From Ostreococcus lucimarinus (lineage: Eukaryota): a stretch of 64,000 nt of DNA. The notes under the pieces were generated by a model, which made no database searches, was not told where the DNA came from, and was given only the letters and a program-made list of their open reading frames with translations. Of this stretch, positions 29,805 through 39,223 are shown in pieces. Positions within the stretch are counted from its first letter, which is position 1. Every line of letters begins with the position of its first letter. The stretch lies in assembly GCA_000092065.1 (NCBI GenBank), contig CP000590.1; one strand, written 5' to 3'. Made by a program: the position numbers and the translations under genes.

Positions 29805-29889
29805 GGCGCGCGCTCGCGCGACGCGACGCGACGCGCTGTGTCGCGTCGACACACCCGCGCGCGAACCGACGCGTGCCGACGACGACGGG

Positions 29890-29908
29890 ATGACGACGCT
29901 CGCGCGCG

Positions 29909-29941
<33 letters not shown>

Positions 29942-30456
29942 TCGACGCGCGGCGAAGGACGCGCGCGCGACGCGTCGTCGCGCGCGCGGGACGATCGATG
30001 GTTGACGAACGCGACGAAACGATCGCGACGGCGAAGAGCCGACGCGCGGCGGTCCTGAGCGTCGGCGCGGCGCTGCTCGCGATGCCGGTGGCGGTGAACA
30101 CGCCGCGGGCGCGCGCGGTCGTCGCGCCGGAGTTCGTGGAGGAGACGATGGAGGTGATCGACATGACGCGCGCGCTGCTGCGAGGCGAAAAGACGGACGA
30201 GGCGTTCATCGATGAATTTCAAACGAAACGCCGCGCGTGGTTCGCGAAGTATCAGTACCATCACGGAAAGTCGTTTTATGGGTACGCGAACGCGTGGAAC
30301 GCGCAGGCGAAGGTTGGGGTGCAAATCGCGGTGAACCGAGAGAACGGGGTGCCGTACGATTCGGAGCACACGGCGTATAACAAGGATTATTTGCTTTCGA
30401 TTTTAGATAAAGCGGAGGCGGAGTTGTTCGACATGCAAAAGCGCAATGGGTTTTAG
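29890..30456 (+). CDS. Psb27-like thylakoid-lumen protein with a stromal transit peptide and a twin-arginine lumen signal. An alternative ATG is at 29803.
   Basis: The poly-Thr Ala/Arg-rich N-terminus (from (ACG)9) is followed by KSRRAAVLSVGAALLAMPVAVNTPRARA|VVAPEF. The mature part (LLRGEKTDEAFIDEFQTKRRAWFAKYQYHHGKSFYGYANAWNAQAKVG...LLSILDKAEAEL) resembles Psb27. Confidence 0.5.
29908..29934. repeat. (ACG)9 trinucleotide repeat encoding poly-Thr in the Psb27-like transit peptide.
   Basis: Read directly from the sequence (acgacgacg...). Confidence 0.8.
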
Positions 30457-30635
30457 GCGAAACGCGTCGCTCGAGCGAGCGATCGCGAGGACGGGCACGA
30501 CACTAAATAAGATTTGTTATTCAATTTCTTCGCTGCGATTTCGACGCCTTATCCGCTCGCGCGGCGTCGCGCGGCGACGAATGATCGCCGCGCACACGAC
30601 ACCGCGACGCGACGAACGCTTAACCGCAGCACTCA

Positions 30636-31388
30636 CTATCGCGAGTTCGCTCGCGTCTTGACCAATTTCACCTCGAACACCATCGGTTCGTCGTTCGCGC
30701 TCAGACGAATAATCTGACGCTGTTGGCCAAACTCGGGTGGCCGCGGCGCGAATCGAGATAACTTTGGATCGTCCTTATACCCCAAATCGGCCTTGATGAG
30801 CGCCTTGCGCTTCGCTCCCGGTTTCATGCCCGTCAAGAGCTCGTCCAAACCCGCGATCAAGTTCCCATCCGGGCCTAACTTTGCCTCGAACGGGTCGCCG
30901 TTTCCGCATCCGATGCCGCAGTCGACGGTGCCGTAGATGAAATATCCATTCGCGCGGCGCATGACGTATTCAAAAACCGCCACGTCACCCGCGCGCGCCG
31001 GTTCACCGATGCCCTCGTTGACGTCCTCGTACACCAAACCGCTCGGCGTTTTCACGTACTTCGCCGCGGGTCCGCTCGACGCCAAGCCCGGCGAGCTCCA
31101 GTCGCCGGCGTCCGACGCCGCGCGCGCCGCGTTCGTCGTCGTCGCGCTCGCCGCCGCCGCCATCGCGAGCGCGAGCGACGCGAGCGTCATCTCGCGTCGT
31201 CGCGCGGAGGTCGTCGCGCGCGCGCTCGCGCTCGCGCGTTCGTCGTCGCGTTCGTCGTCGCGAGAGGTTGACGCGCGCGCGACGCCGACGCGCGCGCGGT
31301 GCGCGACACCGGACGACGCGGTGCGCGCGCGCAGGACGCGCGTTCGCGGGCGAGCGACGGGCGCGTTCGTCGTCGCGGACGCGAGCAT
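30636..31388 (-). CDS. FKBP-type peptidyl-prolyl isomerase, thylakoid-lumen type (transit peptide plus RR motif).
   Basis: FKBP domain: GLVYEDVNEGIGEPARAGDVAVFEYVMRRANGYFIYGTVDCG...DPFEAKLGPDGNLIAGLDELLTGMKPGAKRKALIKADLGY. The presequence ...ARRREMTLASLALAMAAAASA has a twin-Arg-like motif. Confidence 0.8.
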   Translation of the reverse strand: MLASATTNAPVARPRTRVLRARTASSGVAHRARVGVARASTSRDDERDDERASASARATTSARRREMTLASLALAMAAAASATTTNAARAASDAGDWSSPGLASSGPAAKYVKTPSGLVYEDVNEGIGEPARAGDVAVFEYVMRRANGYFIYGTVDCGIGCGNGDPFEAKLGPDGNLIAGLDELLTGMKPGAKRKALIKADLGYKDDPKLSRFAPRPPEFGQQRQIIRLSANDEPMVFEVKLVKTRANSR

Positions 31389-31475
31389 GGTGGATCGTCG
31401 AGGGGCGTCGCGCGTCGACGTGTGACGTTTCCATTACAGAACGAGGACGCGCTCTATGTAGCTCGTCGTGAACGA

Positions 31476-31510
31476 ATGATGGATGGATGGATGGATGGAT
31501 GGATGGATGT
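31476..31510. repeat. (ATGG)8 microsatellite in the 163-bp spacer upstream of the FKBP gene.
   Basis: Read directly: gatggatggatggatggatggatggatggatg. Confidence 0.9.
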
Positions 31511-31551
31511 TTGAGTGATTGCGTGCAACTCGATTCTTTCCTCGACGTCGC

Positions 31552-33021
31552 TCACGCGTCGTCACCGAGCATGCCGGCCAAAATTTCTGGATGCGGCGTC
31601 GGCGGCAACGGCGGCGCGGCGGCGGTCGCCGCCGGCGCGCTCGTGGTCGGGGCGAAGATGTCTTCGTAACCGCTGCGTCCGCCGTTGGCGCCGTCGCTTC
31701 CAACTCTCAATGCAGACGTGAACGGGTCGTCGTCCGTGCCCGTGGTGCTGGCCAAGAAGGACTGAATAGCTCCGTCGGCGAGGCCCCACTGGTCGTACGC
31801 GGCGTCGAAAGACGTCGACGACAGGGGCGTCGATGGCATCGCTGATTCAAATCCAGGCGGCACGCGCACGGATGAGTGATTCGGCGACGCCGGCAGCGCA
31901 TCGATAGCGTGCGACGACATGCGTCGGACTTCGCCGAGAGGCGCCACGGGGGGCAACGGCGGATTGATTTCGCTCGGCGGACGCGCGTACTCGGGCGGCG
32001 GACCTTTCGGTAGCGGCGGTGGATCTCGCGGCAGCGGTGACGGAACCGGCGGTCGAACGCCGATCGCGCCGATCTGTTTCGGCGCGTTCGCCATGCGCGG
32101 CGTTGGGATCTTTCGAAGCGTCAAACCACTGGGCCGCGGCGCCGGCGCTTGCTTGCGAGGCGACGCGGGGAGTGGTATTTTCTTCGACTCCGCGCCACCG
32201 GCGGTCACCTTGATCGACGTCATCGTTTCGGACGACTTCTCCGTCGGTTGCTGCTGTTTGTTCGTCTTCAGAGCCTCAACCTCTTGCTCTCGCTGTTTTT
32301 CTAGCTCGGCCGCCGCCGCCGCCTCGGCGACGCGAGCCTCCTCCTCTTCTCGCTTCTTCATGGCTAATCTCTCCTCCTCGGCCGCGACTCGCTCCGCCTC
32401 GCGCTTGGCGCGCTCCGCCTCGACCAACTGCGCGATCTCGGCGCGCTCTAGCTCCTCTCGTTTCGCTAAAAGCTCTTGCTCTTCGCGAAGCCGACGTTTA
32501 CGCTCCTTCGCCGCCTCCTTCGCTCGAGCGATCTCTTCTAAACTCCGCGGCGTCCCTCTCGGCGATCGCGATTCGGGCGTTCGCGGCGATCCATCACCGC
32601 TTCGCCCGCCATCGCTCGCGCCGTCGATTCTCTCTCCCTCGCCCCTCGCGCGCTTCCCCTCGCCGTTCGTCGCCCCTCGCTCCGCCGTCATCGCCGCCAC
32701 CGCGCACGCCGCGCTCGCGCACGCCAGCGCCTTCGCCGTCGCCCACAGCGCGTCTACAAAATCACCGCTTCCGACGCCGCCGTCCCCTCGCAGCACGTTC
32801 GCCAGCAGGCTTCCGCCGACGTACGGTTCGTCGCGCGCGTCGCCCCTCGCCCTCGCGCGCGCGTCCGATCCCTCCATCCGCGTCGCCGCCCCCGCGCACG
32901 CCCCCGCGCACGCGCCCAGCGCGATCGCGAGCGCCCACGCGATCGCGCGCCGTCCGAACGTCGCGCGTCGCGCCTCGCGCGCGCGCGTCGCGTCCGCGCG
33001 CGCGATTCGCACCGACCGCAT
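31552..33021 (-). CDS. Hypothetical protein (~489 aa from the ATG at 33021). It has a hydrophobic N-terminal segment, an E/K/R-rich coiled coil and a Pro-rich C-terminal half. The 5' part of the 906-aa track ORF is treated as non-coding.
   Basis: Coiled-coil REEQELLAKREELERAEIAQLVEAERAKREAERVAAEEERLAMKKREEEEARV, then PPVPSPLPRDPPPLPKGPPPEYARPPSEINPPLPP. No family was recognised. Confidence 0.3.
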   Translation of the reverse strand: MRSVRIARADATRAREARRATFGRRAIAWALAIALGACAGACAGAATRMEGSDARARARGDARDEPYVGGSLLANVLRGDGGVGSGDFVDALWATAKALACASAACAVAAMTAERGATNGEGKRARGEGERIDGASDGGRSGDGSPRTPESRSPRGTPRSLEEIARAKEAAKERKRRLREEQELLAKREELERAEIAQLVEAERAKREAERVAAEEERLAMKKREEEEARVAEAAAAAELEKQREQEVEALKTNKQQQPTEKSSETMTSIKVTAGGAESKKIPLPASPRKQAPAPRPSGLTLRKIPTPRMANAPKQIGAIGVRPPVPSPLPRDPPPLPKGPPPEYARPPSEINPPLPPVAPLGEVRRMSSHAIDALPASPNHSSVRVPPGFESAMPSTPLSSTSFDAAYDQWGLADGAIQSFLASTTGTDDDPFTSALRVGSDGANGGRSGYEDIFAPTTSAPAATAAAPPLPPTPHPEILAGMLGDDA

Positions 33022-33236
33022 CGCGCGAATCGCCGCCGCGCCGCCGCGCCGCGCCGTCGCGACGCTGGTTCGCGCCGCCGCGCGAGTCTCGCGGCGCGTC
33101 GTCTCCCGCGCCCGGTCCGCGCGTCGCGCGCGCGTCGCGACGCGCGTCGCCGCGCGCGTCGATCTGTCGTCGTCGTCGTCTCGTCGATCTTCGCGCGTCC
33201 GCACACGCGCGCGCGCGTCGTCGCGCGCCTCGACGC

Positions 33237-33629
33237 ATGACGCTCGCGAATCGGACGCTCGACGCCGCGCGCCGCGCGCGCGCCGCCGCGTCGCGCGCCG
33301 CGAGCGCGACGTACGACGCGATCGCGCCCGAGGTGATCGCGCGGTACGAGAAAACCATGGCGGCGAACGCCGAGTACGTCGTGCGAGACCCGGCGCGGGC
33401 GAAGCGACTGGGACGCGAGTTCGTGTACACGAACCTGGCGCGGCTGCCGCGGGCGATCGAGGCGGCGACGGCGGAGGCGGCGGCGGCGAGGGCGACGGCG
33501 GCGCGAGCGCGAGCGGGCGAGGCGGACGTGGCGACGATCGGGACGGCGGTGGTGTTCGCGGCGGAGGTGTACGCGTGGTTTTGCGTGGGGGAGATCGTGG
33601 GACGGGGAGGGAAGCTGACGGGGTACTAG
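33237..33629 (+). CDS. Mitochondrial F1Fo-ATP synthase subunit g-like protein.
   Basis: The C-terminal TM segment AVVFAAEVYAWFCVGEIVGRGGKLTGY matches the subunit-g motif (human EVLMWFYVGEIIGKRGIIGY). The size of 130 aa fits. Confidence 0.55.
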   Translation: MTLANRTLDAARRARAAASRAASATYDAIAPEVIARYEKTMAANAEYVVRDPARAKRLGREFVYTNLARLPRAIEAATAEAAAARATAARARAGEADVATIGTAVVFAAEVYAWFCVGEIVGRGGKLTGY

Positions 33630-33704
33630 ACGAGGGAGAGACGCGGGAGGCGCGCGCGCGACGCGACGAGACGAACGCGCGAGGGTCGTTTGAAAATAAA
33701 AATC

Positions 33705-34865
33705 CTACTCGAATCCTCTGGGCGCGCGACCGGGCGGAACGTACGCCGTGGGATCGAAACCTAACGCGGTGAAATCGTCGAGGTCGCGCGCGCCGGCGCG
33801 GGCGCGATCGGCGCGACCGTCGGTCATTTTCGGCGGGACGGGCTCGCCGCGTTTGGGAAGCGCTTCGATCGCCTCGCGCGCCTCGTCCTCGGTGAAGAAC
33901 AGGTTCATCTGGCGAAGTAATTGTCGACCGTCGCAATCGCCCACGCCGAGGTACTCGCCCACCAATCGTCTGCGCTGCACGACGCCGCCGAAGTCGGCCC
34001 AGACGTCGGCGTCGGCGTCGGCGTCGGCGACGAGCCCCCACTCGGCGAGCGCCTCGCGCGTGAACACCGCGCGATCTCGGTCGGCGCGGCGAGCGTCGGC
34101 GATCGCGCGCGCGATGTCCTCGCCCTCGCCGTGCTCGACGCCCACGTTCCCTCGCGCGTGCCACTTTCCGTCCTCTTTCGCCGAGCTCACGCGCGTGCCC
34201 ATAAACGCGTGCGCGGCGTCGGGAAAACGTCGCAAAAACGCATTCCTCAGCTGCCGCCCCGCGGTGTCGCAATCGAACAACACGACGATCGGTGCGTCAT
34301 ACTTTACGCTTAATTCCTCGATCTCATCCATTCTCTCGCGCTTCACCTCCATCTCGCCGTTCGGTCGCCTGCGAAACGCGCCTCGATGTCGCACCGCGAC
34401 GACTTTCGCTCGTTCGCTCGTAAATCCCGCCTTGTTTCGCACCGCTCGAACGTCCGCGCCGCCCTCGACGACGACGACGTATTCACACGCGTGTTTTCTC
34501 GCCTCCCTCGCGCGCTTTCGCGCGACGTACGCGTCGCGTTCTTTCCGCCGCGTCTCGCGCCGCGCGTCCCGCGGCGCGTCGTCGTCGTCGTACGCGCGAA
34601 CGAACGTCGACGCCGCGATGGACGTCGACGTCGACGTCGCCGAGTCATCGGTCGCGCGGCGTTCGTTCGCGTCGTCGTCGGCGCGCTTCGCGTCGTCGTC
34701 GGCGCGTCGTCGCGGTCGCCGTCGCGGAAGGAAAGCGCCGAGCGCGTCGTCGTTCGCGGCGGCTGGTCGCGCCGCGCGCCGACGCGCGCGCGAGACGCGC
34801 GACGCGCGACGCGCGAGCGCCGCCGACGGCGCGCGCGGCGCGATGGACGGCGCGCGGAGGGGCAT
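33705..34865 (-). CDS. Toprim-domain protein (RNase M5/DUF4093-like), probably organelle-targeted.
   Basis: Toprim-like motifs: EYVVVVEGGADVRAVRNKAG...VVAV and YDAPIVVLFDCDTAGRQLRNAF. The N-terminus is Arg/Ala-rich. The ATG lies only 88 bp downstream of the TAF5 stop. Confidence 0.45.
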   Translation of the reverse strand: MPLRAPSIAPRAPSAALARRASRVSRARRRAARPAAANDDALGAFLPRRRPRRRADDDAKRADDDANERRATDDSATSTSTSIAASTFVRAYDDDDAPRDARRETRRKERDAYVARKRAREARKHACEYVVVVEGGADVRAVRNKAGFTSERAKVVAVRHRGAFRRRPNGEMEVKRERMDEIEELSVKYDAPIVVLFDCDTAGRQLRNAFLRRFPDAAHAFMGTRVSSAKEDGKWHARGNVGVEHGEGEDIARAIADARRADRDRAVFTREALAEWGLVADADADADVWADFGGVVQRRRLVGEYLGVGDCDGRQLLRQMNLFFTEDEAREAIEALPKRGEPVPPKMTDGRADRARAGARDLDDFTALGFDPTAYVPPGRAPRGFE

Positions 34866-34952
34866 GGGGCGCGGCCGAATGCGGACGACGACGGCGGTCG
34901 AGCCGCCGTAACAGAACGGGCGAGCGAGGAGACTACGATTTCTTAAGTGTGA

Positions 34953-37103
34953 TTATTCCTTGGTCGATCTGCGGGCGCCCATGGCTAAGCACAAGTTACG
35001 CCTTGAAAACTTGACGCGGAACACCGGGGTGTTCTTGGTCGGGAACGTCTCGAGCGGGACGCGGCGGATGACTTCGCGTCTGGCCGCGGCGGCGTCGGCG
35101 GCGGCTTTCGCGGCGGCGGCCGCAGCCGCGGCGGCGGCGAGCGTCGCGGCGTCCGCGTCCGCGGGGACTTCTTTTAGCTTTTCTACCTCGTCGGCGGGGA
35201 CGGTTGCGTCCCAGACGCGCACGGTGTCGTCCGCACCACCGGAGACGAGTAAATTGCCGCCGCCGGCAAAGTCCATGGAATACACCGGACCAACGTGACC
35301 TTTGTACGAGATCACGCACGAGGCGCGCCTGAGATCCCACATGCAAATGCGACCGTCATCCGAGGCGCTGGCGATGGTTCGACCGTCGGGCGCGAATACT
35401 ATGGCGCGCACACCAGCGGCGTGACCGGCGAAAACGCGAACGCATTCGCCATCGAACATGTCCCACAGACGCACGGTGCGATCGGCGGAGCCGGTGGCGA
35501 CGTAATTACAGTTCGGATGCCACGCCACGCAATCGACGTTCGAAAGATGACCCACGAACATACGACGCGGGAAAGGCGCGTCCATCGCGTACACGCGCGC
35601 CACGCGGTCGTGACACGCGGTGGCGAAGTAGTGCCCGAAGGGACTCCACTGCACGTCCCAAATCGGATGCAGGTGACCTTCGTACGCGCACAGACATATC
35701 TTCAGCTCCATGCTCCACACGCGCACGTGGCAGTCTCGCGACACCGATAACAAAAACTTTCCACACGGGCTAAACGCGACTTGTTGCACGGGCGCGCTGT
35801 GGCCGACGAACTCAGTCATCGGAATCGATCGCGGCGTCTTTGCGTCGCGATCAACCGGAATCTCTTTGTCCTTGTCGTCTTCATCTTCTTCTTCTAAATG
35901 CCAAACGCGCACGACAGAGTCCGAAAAGCCACCAGCCACGTGCTTGACGTCGCCCGTGGCGTCGGCGCAGATTAACAATCCGTGCGCGTGCGTGAATGTG
36001 AAGAACGCCACCGTGGGTAGGACATCCTTCGAAAGCCTTATTCGCCACCGCAAATCCTCCAAAGCCTCTTCGAATGCGTCGTAATCGAGCTGTGGCACCG
36101 GTACCTTGCCTTTGATCACGTTCGGCGGATCTTCGAGCATGGCCACCGGATACTCGGCTTCCGTTTTCTTCTCGGGCGCGTCCTCCATCTCCTCATCCCC
36201 ACCCGCGGCGTCTCGTTCTTCAGCGGCGGCGGCTTCTTCCTTCTTCTGCTTCTTCGACTTCTTCGCCTCTTCGCGCGCCTTCGCCGCCGCTTCTTTTTCC
36301 TTTTCCTTTGATTCCTTTCTAAACTGCTTCACCCTCTCGATTTCCAAGCACGAGTCCACTAATCCCCATCGGCCCTTGATGCTGTTAAATTTGCGTTGCG
36401 CCTCAGGCGCGCGTCCGGTGATGACCACAGAACCCTCTTTCTCGTCCTCGTACGGACTCGGTTCGCCCTTCAACACTTCCACGCACAGGTGCGCGTTCAA
36501 CACCGCCAACATCGAGATGAGATTTTGCGCGTGTAAAAACTTGACCAGCAACTCAAACGAATACTGCGTCATTTTCAGGCTCACCTTGTTATCCAAAAAC
36601 TTCCTCGCGACCGGGTCCGTGAGCACGTGCTCGGGATCGCTCAGCGCGCTCAACGCCGCCAAATCCTCCCCGTACAGCCGCATGTGGTCCGCGTGGTGCG
36701 TCGCGTAAAACTCTCGCGCGTCCTCCGCGTATCCCTTCTTCACCAAATCCAGCAACACGTGCGCGAACATCGGGAACAGCACCCTACACAGTTCACTCTT
36801 GTACATATCCAACGAATTTTGCGCCCACTCTCGCAGCGTCGCGTATCCGCTCGCCGCGCCTCGCGGATCCGTCTCCGTCTCCGCGTGGTACAGCAAGTGA
36901 TCGCTGATCGCCGCGTCCGCGCCCATCGCGCTCGCGACGCTCATCCCGCTCGCCGCGTCCGCCTCCGCCAATCGCTTCGCCAGTCCGCTCTCCGTGCGCA
37001 GGACGCCCGCGGCGTTCCTGTACCCTCGGCGCTGCAGGTAGCGCAGCACGACCCGATCGAGCGCGTCGTTTTCGCTCGGCGTCTCTTCGCTCGGGTGCGA
37101 CAT
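34953..37103 (-). CDS. TAF5: TFIID subunit TAF5 (LisH + TAF5 NTD2 + WD40).
   Basis: LisH: LDRVVLRYLQRRGYRNAAGVLRTESG. NTD2: ELCRVLFPMFAHVLLDLVKKGYAEDAREFYATHHADHMRLYGEDL...SFELLVKFLHAQNLISMLAVLNAHLCVEV. There are WD40 repeats (GHSAPVQQVAFSPCGKFLLSVSRDCHVRVW etc.). Confidence 0.8.
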   Translation of the reverse strand: MSHPSEETPSENDALDRVVLRYLQRRGYRNAAGVLRTESGLAKRLAEADAASGMSVASAMGADAAISDHLLYHAETETDPRGAASGYATLREWAQNSLDMYKSELCRVLFPMFAHVLLDLVKKGYAEDAREFYATHHADHMRLYGEDLAALSALSDPEHVLTDPVARKFLDNKVSLKMTQYSFELLVKFLHAQNLISMLAVLNAHLCVEVLKGEPSPYEDEKEGSVVITGRAPEAQRKFNSIKGRWGLVDSCLEIERVKQFRKESKEKEKEAAAKAREEAKKSKKQKKEEAAAAEERDAAGGDEEMEDAPEKKTEAEYPVAMLEDPPNVIKGKVPVPQLDYDAFEEALEDLRWRIRLSKDVLPTVAFFTFTHAHGLLICADATGDVKHVAGGFSDSVVRVWHLEEEDEDDKDKEIPVDRDAKTPRSIPMTEFVGHSAPVQQVAFSPCGKFLLSVSRDCHVRVWSMELKICLCAYEGHLHPIWDVQWSPFGHYFATACHDRVARVYAMDAPFPRRMFVGHLSNVDCVAWHPNCNYVATGSADRTVRLWDMFDGECVRVFAGHAAGVRAIVFAPDGRTIASASDDGRICMWDLRRASCVISYKGHVGPVYSMDFAGGGNLLVSGGADDTVRVWDATVPADEVEKLKEVPADADAATLAAAAAAAAAAKAAADAAAARREVIRRVPLETFPTKNTPVFRVKFSRRNLCLAMGARRSTKE

Positions 37104-37273
37104 CGAGCGCGCGCGCGCGTCGCGCGACGCGCGCGCGTTCCGCGCCGCGACGACGCGCGGTCGAACGCGCGCGTTCTGCGCCGCGCGCGGCGACGAGTGC
37201 GGCGATCGGGCGTCGACGATCGAATTCGACCGCGGGCGACGAGAATCGCGACACTCGACGGCGCGCCGCGACG

Positions 37274-37352
37274 ATGGAGATCGTCGCCAACGCCCTGGTG
37301 TACGTCGGGGGGTATGTGTTCTTGGTGTTCATGGCGGTGTGCCTCGCCACCG
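37274..37352 (+). CDS. TEX261: TEX261-family (Svp26-like ER export cargo receptor) exon 1. The intron is ~37353-37544 (192 nt, GC-rich).
   Basis: MEIVANALVYVGGYVFLVFMAVCLAT-G, then a GTGCGT donor. This corresponds to the first TM of TEX261. Confidence 0.6.
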
Positions 37353-37544
37353 GTGCGTGCGACGCGCGAACGCGCCGACGACGCGACGCGATGATCCGAT
37401 TCGTTGGGTGACGATGGCGCGGCGACGGGGGGCGCGGTGGCGCGCGCGCGAGGCGTGGATCGCGGCGATGAGACGCGAGGCGCGGTGAGGCGCGCGCGAG
37501 CGCGAGGACTGACGGACGACGCGGCGAACGCGCGACGCGCGCAG

Positions 37545-38128
37545 GGTTGTACTACCTCGCGGAGATGGTCGAAGAGTACACGCGGTTGACGAAGAAGGTG
37601 CTCGATTGGTCGATCAAGGCGTCGTACGGGTTTCACGCGCTGCTGTTCATCGTCGATCGCATGCCGTTCTTCGCGTGCGCGGTGAGTTGTTTGGCGCAGT
37701 TCGCGTACTCGCGGATGTTGAAGCGGTTTCCGTTCATAGACTTTACGAGCGGAGAGTTTTTGGGTTCGCTCGCGGCGATGGGCGCGACGCACTGGGTGTG
37801 GGTGCGACACTTTCACAGCACTTATCACAGCACCGAGTACGTGCTCGGCTTTTTCTTCATGATCGTCTGGTTCGTGCCGTTTGGGTTCTTCATTAGCATC
37901 GCCGCGAACGAGAGCGTTTTGCCGGGCGGAGCCACAGTGCCGGGGGCGCCGAGTAGCGGCAACCTCGGTGGATACGACCCCAATAGAGGTGGCGGCAAAA
38001 AGACGAGGAACGCGTTGTTGATGCTGTTAGATACGCTCAAGTTGTACTGGACGCGACTCAGCGAACGCTTCATGCCCAAAGGCGGCATCCCGGGAACGTA
38101 TCGCGATACCCATCAGAAGGGATGGTAA
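37545..38128 (+). CDS. TEX261: TEX261-family protein, exon 2.
   Basis: The cgcgcAG acceptor joins as ...ATG|LYYLAEMVEEYT (human AAGLYYLAELIEEYT). Also KRFPFIDF and WFVPFGFFISIAANESVLP (human WIIPFAFFVSLSAGENVLP). Confidence 0.75.
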
Positions 38129-38256
38129 GATCAGCGAGACGCGCGCGCGCGTGATTTGAACGACCAACGACATTGCAATCGAATTTATTCTATCATCGCT
38201 CGGCGCCAGAAATGAGGGACTAAGGTTTTTGTTACACGATGCGCCGTACACGCACG

Positions 38257-38931
38257 CTACGCCGTCACTTGCGAACTCAGCTTGGCGTTGAGCGAACGCA
38301 ACACGCTCAAAGAGCTCCCTTGAATGAAGTGCTGCTTCACCGCGTTATTCGCCATCACCACCGGATCGATACTCGTCGAGCGCTCAGGCATGAAACCGCC
38401 GGTACGCTGCATGGCTTCGGCTTGCGCCAACAACGGTTGCAACTGCTTCGCCGTGTGCACGATTGCCCCCGCCGCGTTCAGTCCCTCCTTCACTCGCGCG
38501 TTTTCCTTACCAACCGCCGCCGTGATGGCTTGAATTCTACCAACAACTTCAACGTGCGATTCTAACTCCTTGTCCAACGCCTTACACTCCTTTTCACTCG
38601 TCGTCTTCAACGCCCTCGCTCGAGAGATTCGCGCTCGCAGCGAGCGCAACTCCCCGTCCAACGCGCTTTCCTCCTCTTCACTCACGCTCGGCAGCGCGTC
38701 AATCTCTTCCACGCGCGACTCATACTCAATCACTTCGCTCGGAATCGCGAAGCACGCCGCTTTGGCGTGCGAACAGAACCGATTAAAGTTGTCGCCAATC
38801 TTCAACTGCAGCTTCGCGTACAGCGCGTCCAAACCGTGCTTAAACGCCGCCTTCGTGCGCTCATCCGGGTCCGTCTCCTCGTTCAAGCACGACTCGAGCG
38901 CGTCGAACCCTTCGGCGGCGTAATGTTCCAC
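38257..38931 (-). CDS. MIS12-like kinetochore protein, downstream exon. The first exon is not located.
   Basis: FKHGLDALYAKLQLKIGDNFNRFCSHAKAACFAIPSEV resembles Arabidopsis MIS12 (...LWESYSLRFCFAVPDGF), followed by a coiled coil. The track start is GTG preceded by a tAG acceptor. The N-terminus has no Met. Confidence 0.4.
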   Translation of the reverse strand: MEHYAAEGFDALESCLNEETDPDERTKAAFKHGLDALYAKLQLKIGDNFNRFCSHAKAACFAIPSEVIEYESRVEEIDALPSVSEEEESALDGELRSLRARISRARALKTTSEKECKALDKELESHVEVVGRIQAITAAVGKENARVKEGLNAAGAIVHTAKQLQPLLAQAEAMQRTGGFMPERSTSIDPVVMANNAVKQHFIQGSSLSVLRSLNAKLSSQVTA

Positions 38932-39223
38932 CTATTCGCGTCGTCACGTCGCGTCGTCAGTCCTCATTCGCGCGTCGCGTCGCGCATTTCGCGTCGCGAG
39001 GGGAACCACGACGAATTTGAAATTTTCAAACCGTCGCGCGCGTCGCGTCGCGCGTTCGAGCGCTCGCGGGCGACGCACCGCGTTCGTGATGTCATCGCAC
39101 ACGTCTTTCGAGCGTTCGCGCTGTTCGCGCGCGCGCGCGCACGGAATCGGGTCGGGCATGCGCGCGCGATTATGCGGCAACAGCCGGGCGTTTGGCACCA
39201 ACACGACTAGACTACGGCTATCG

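Noticed and set aside
29581-29889. Using the first ATG (29581) of the 291-aa plus-strand ORF as the Psb27-like start.
   Set aside because: That would overlap about 75 codons of the conserved Ipi1/TEX10 N-terminus on the opposite strand. The downstream ATGs (29803 or 29890) give a precursor of normal size.
37353-37544. Possible snoRNA in the TEX261 intron (UGAUCC and CUGA present).
   Set aside because: The C box is imperfect (UGAUCC rather than UGAUGA), and the intron is GC-rich low-complexity sequence. The evidence is too weak.
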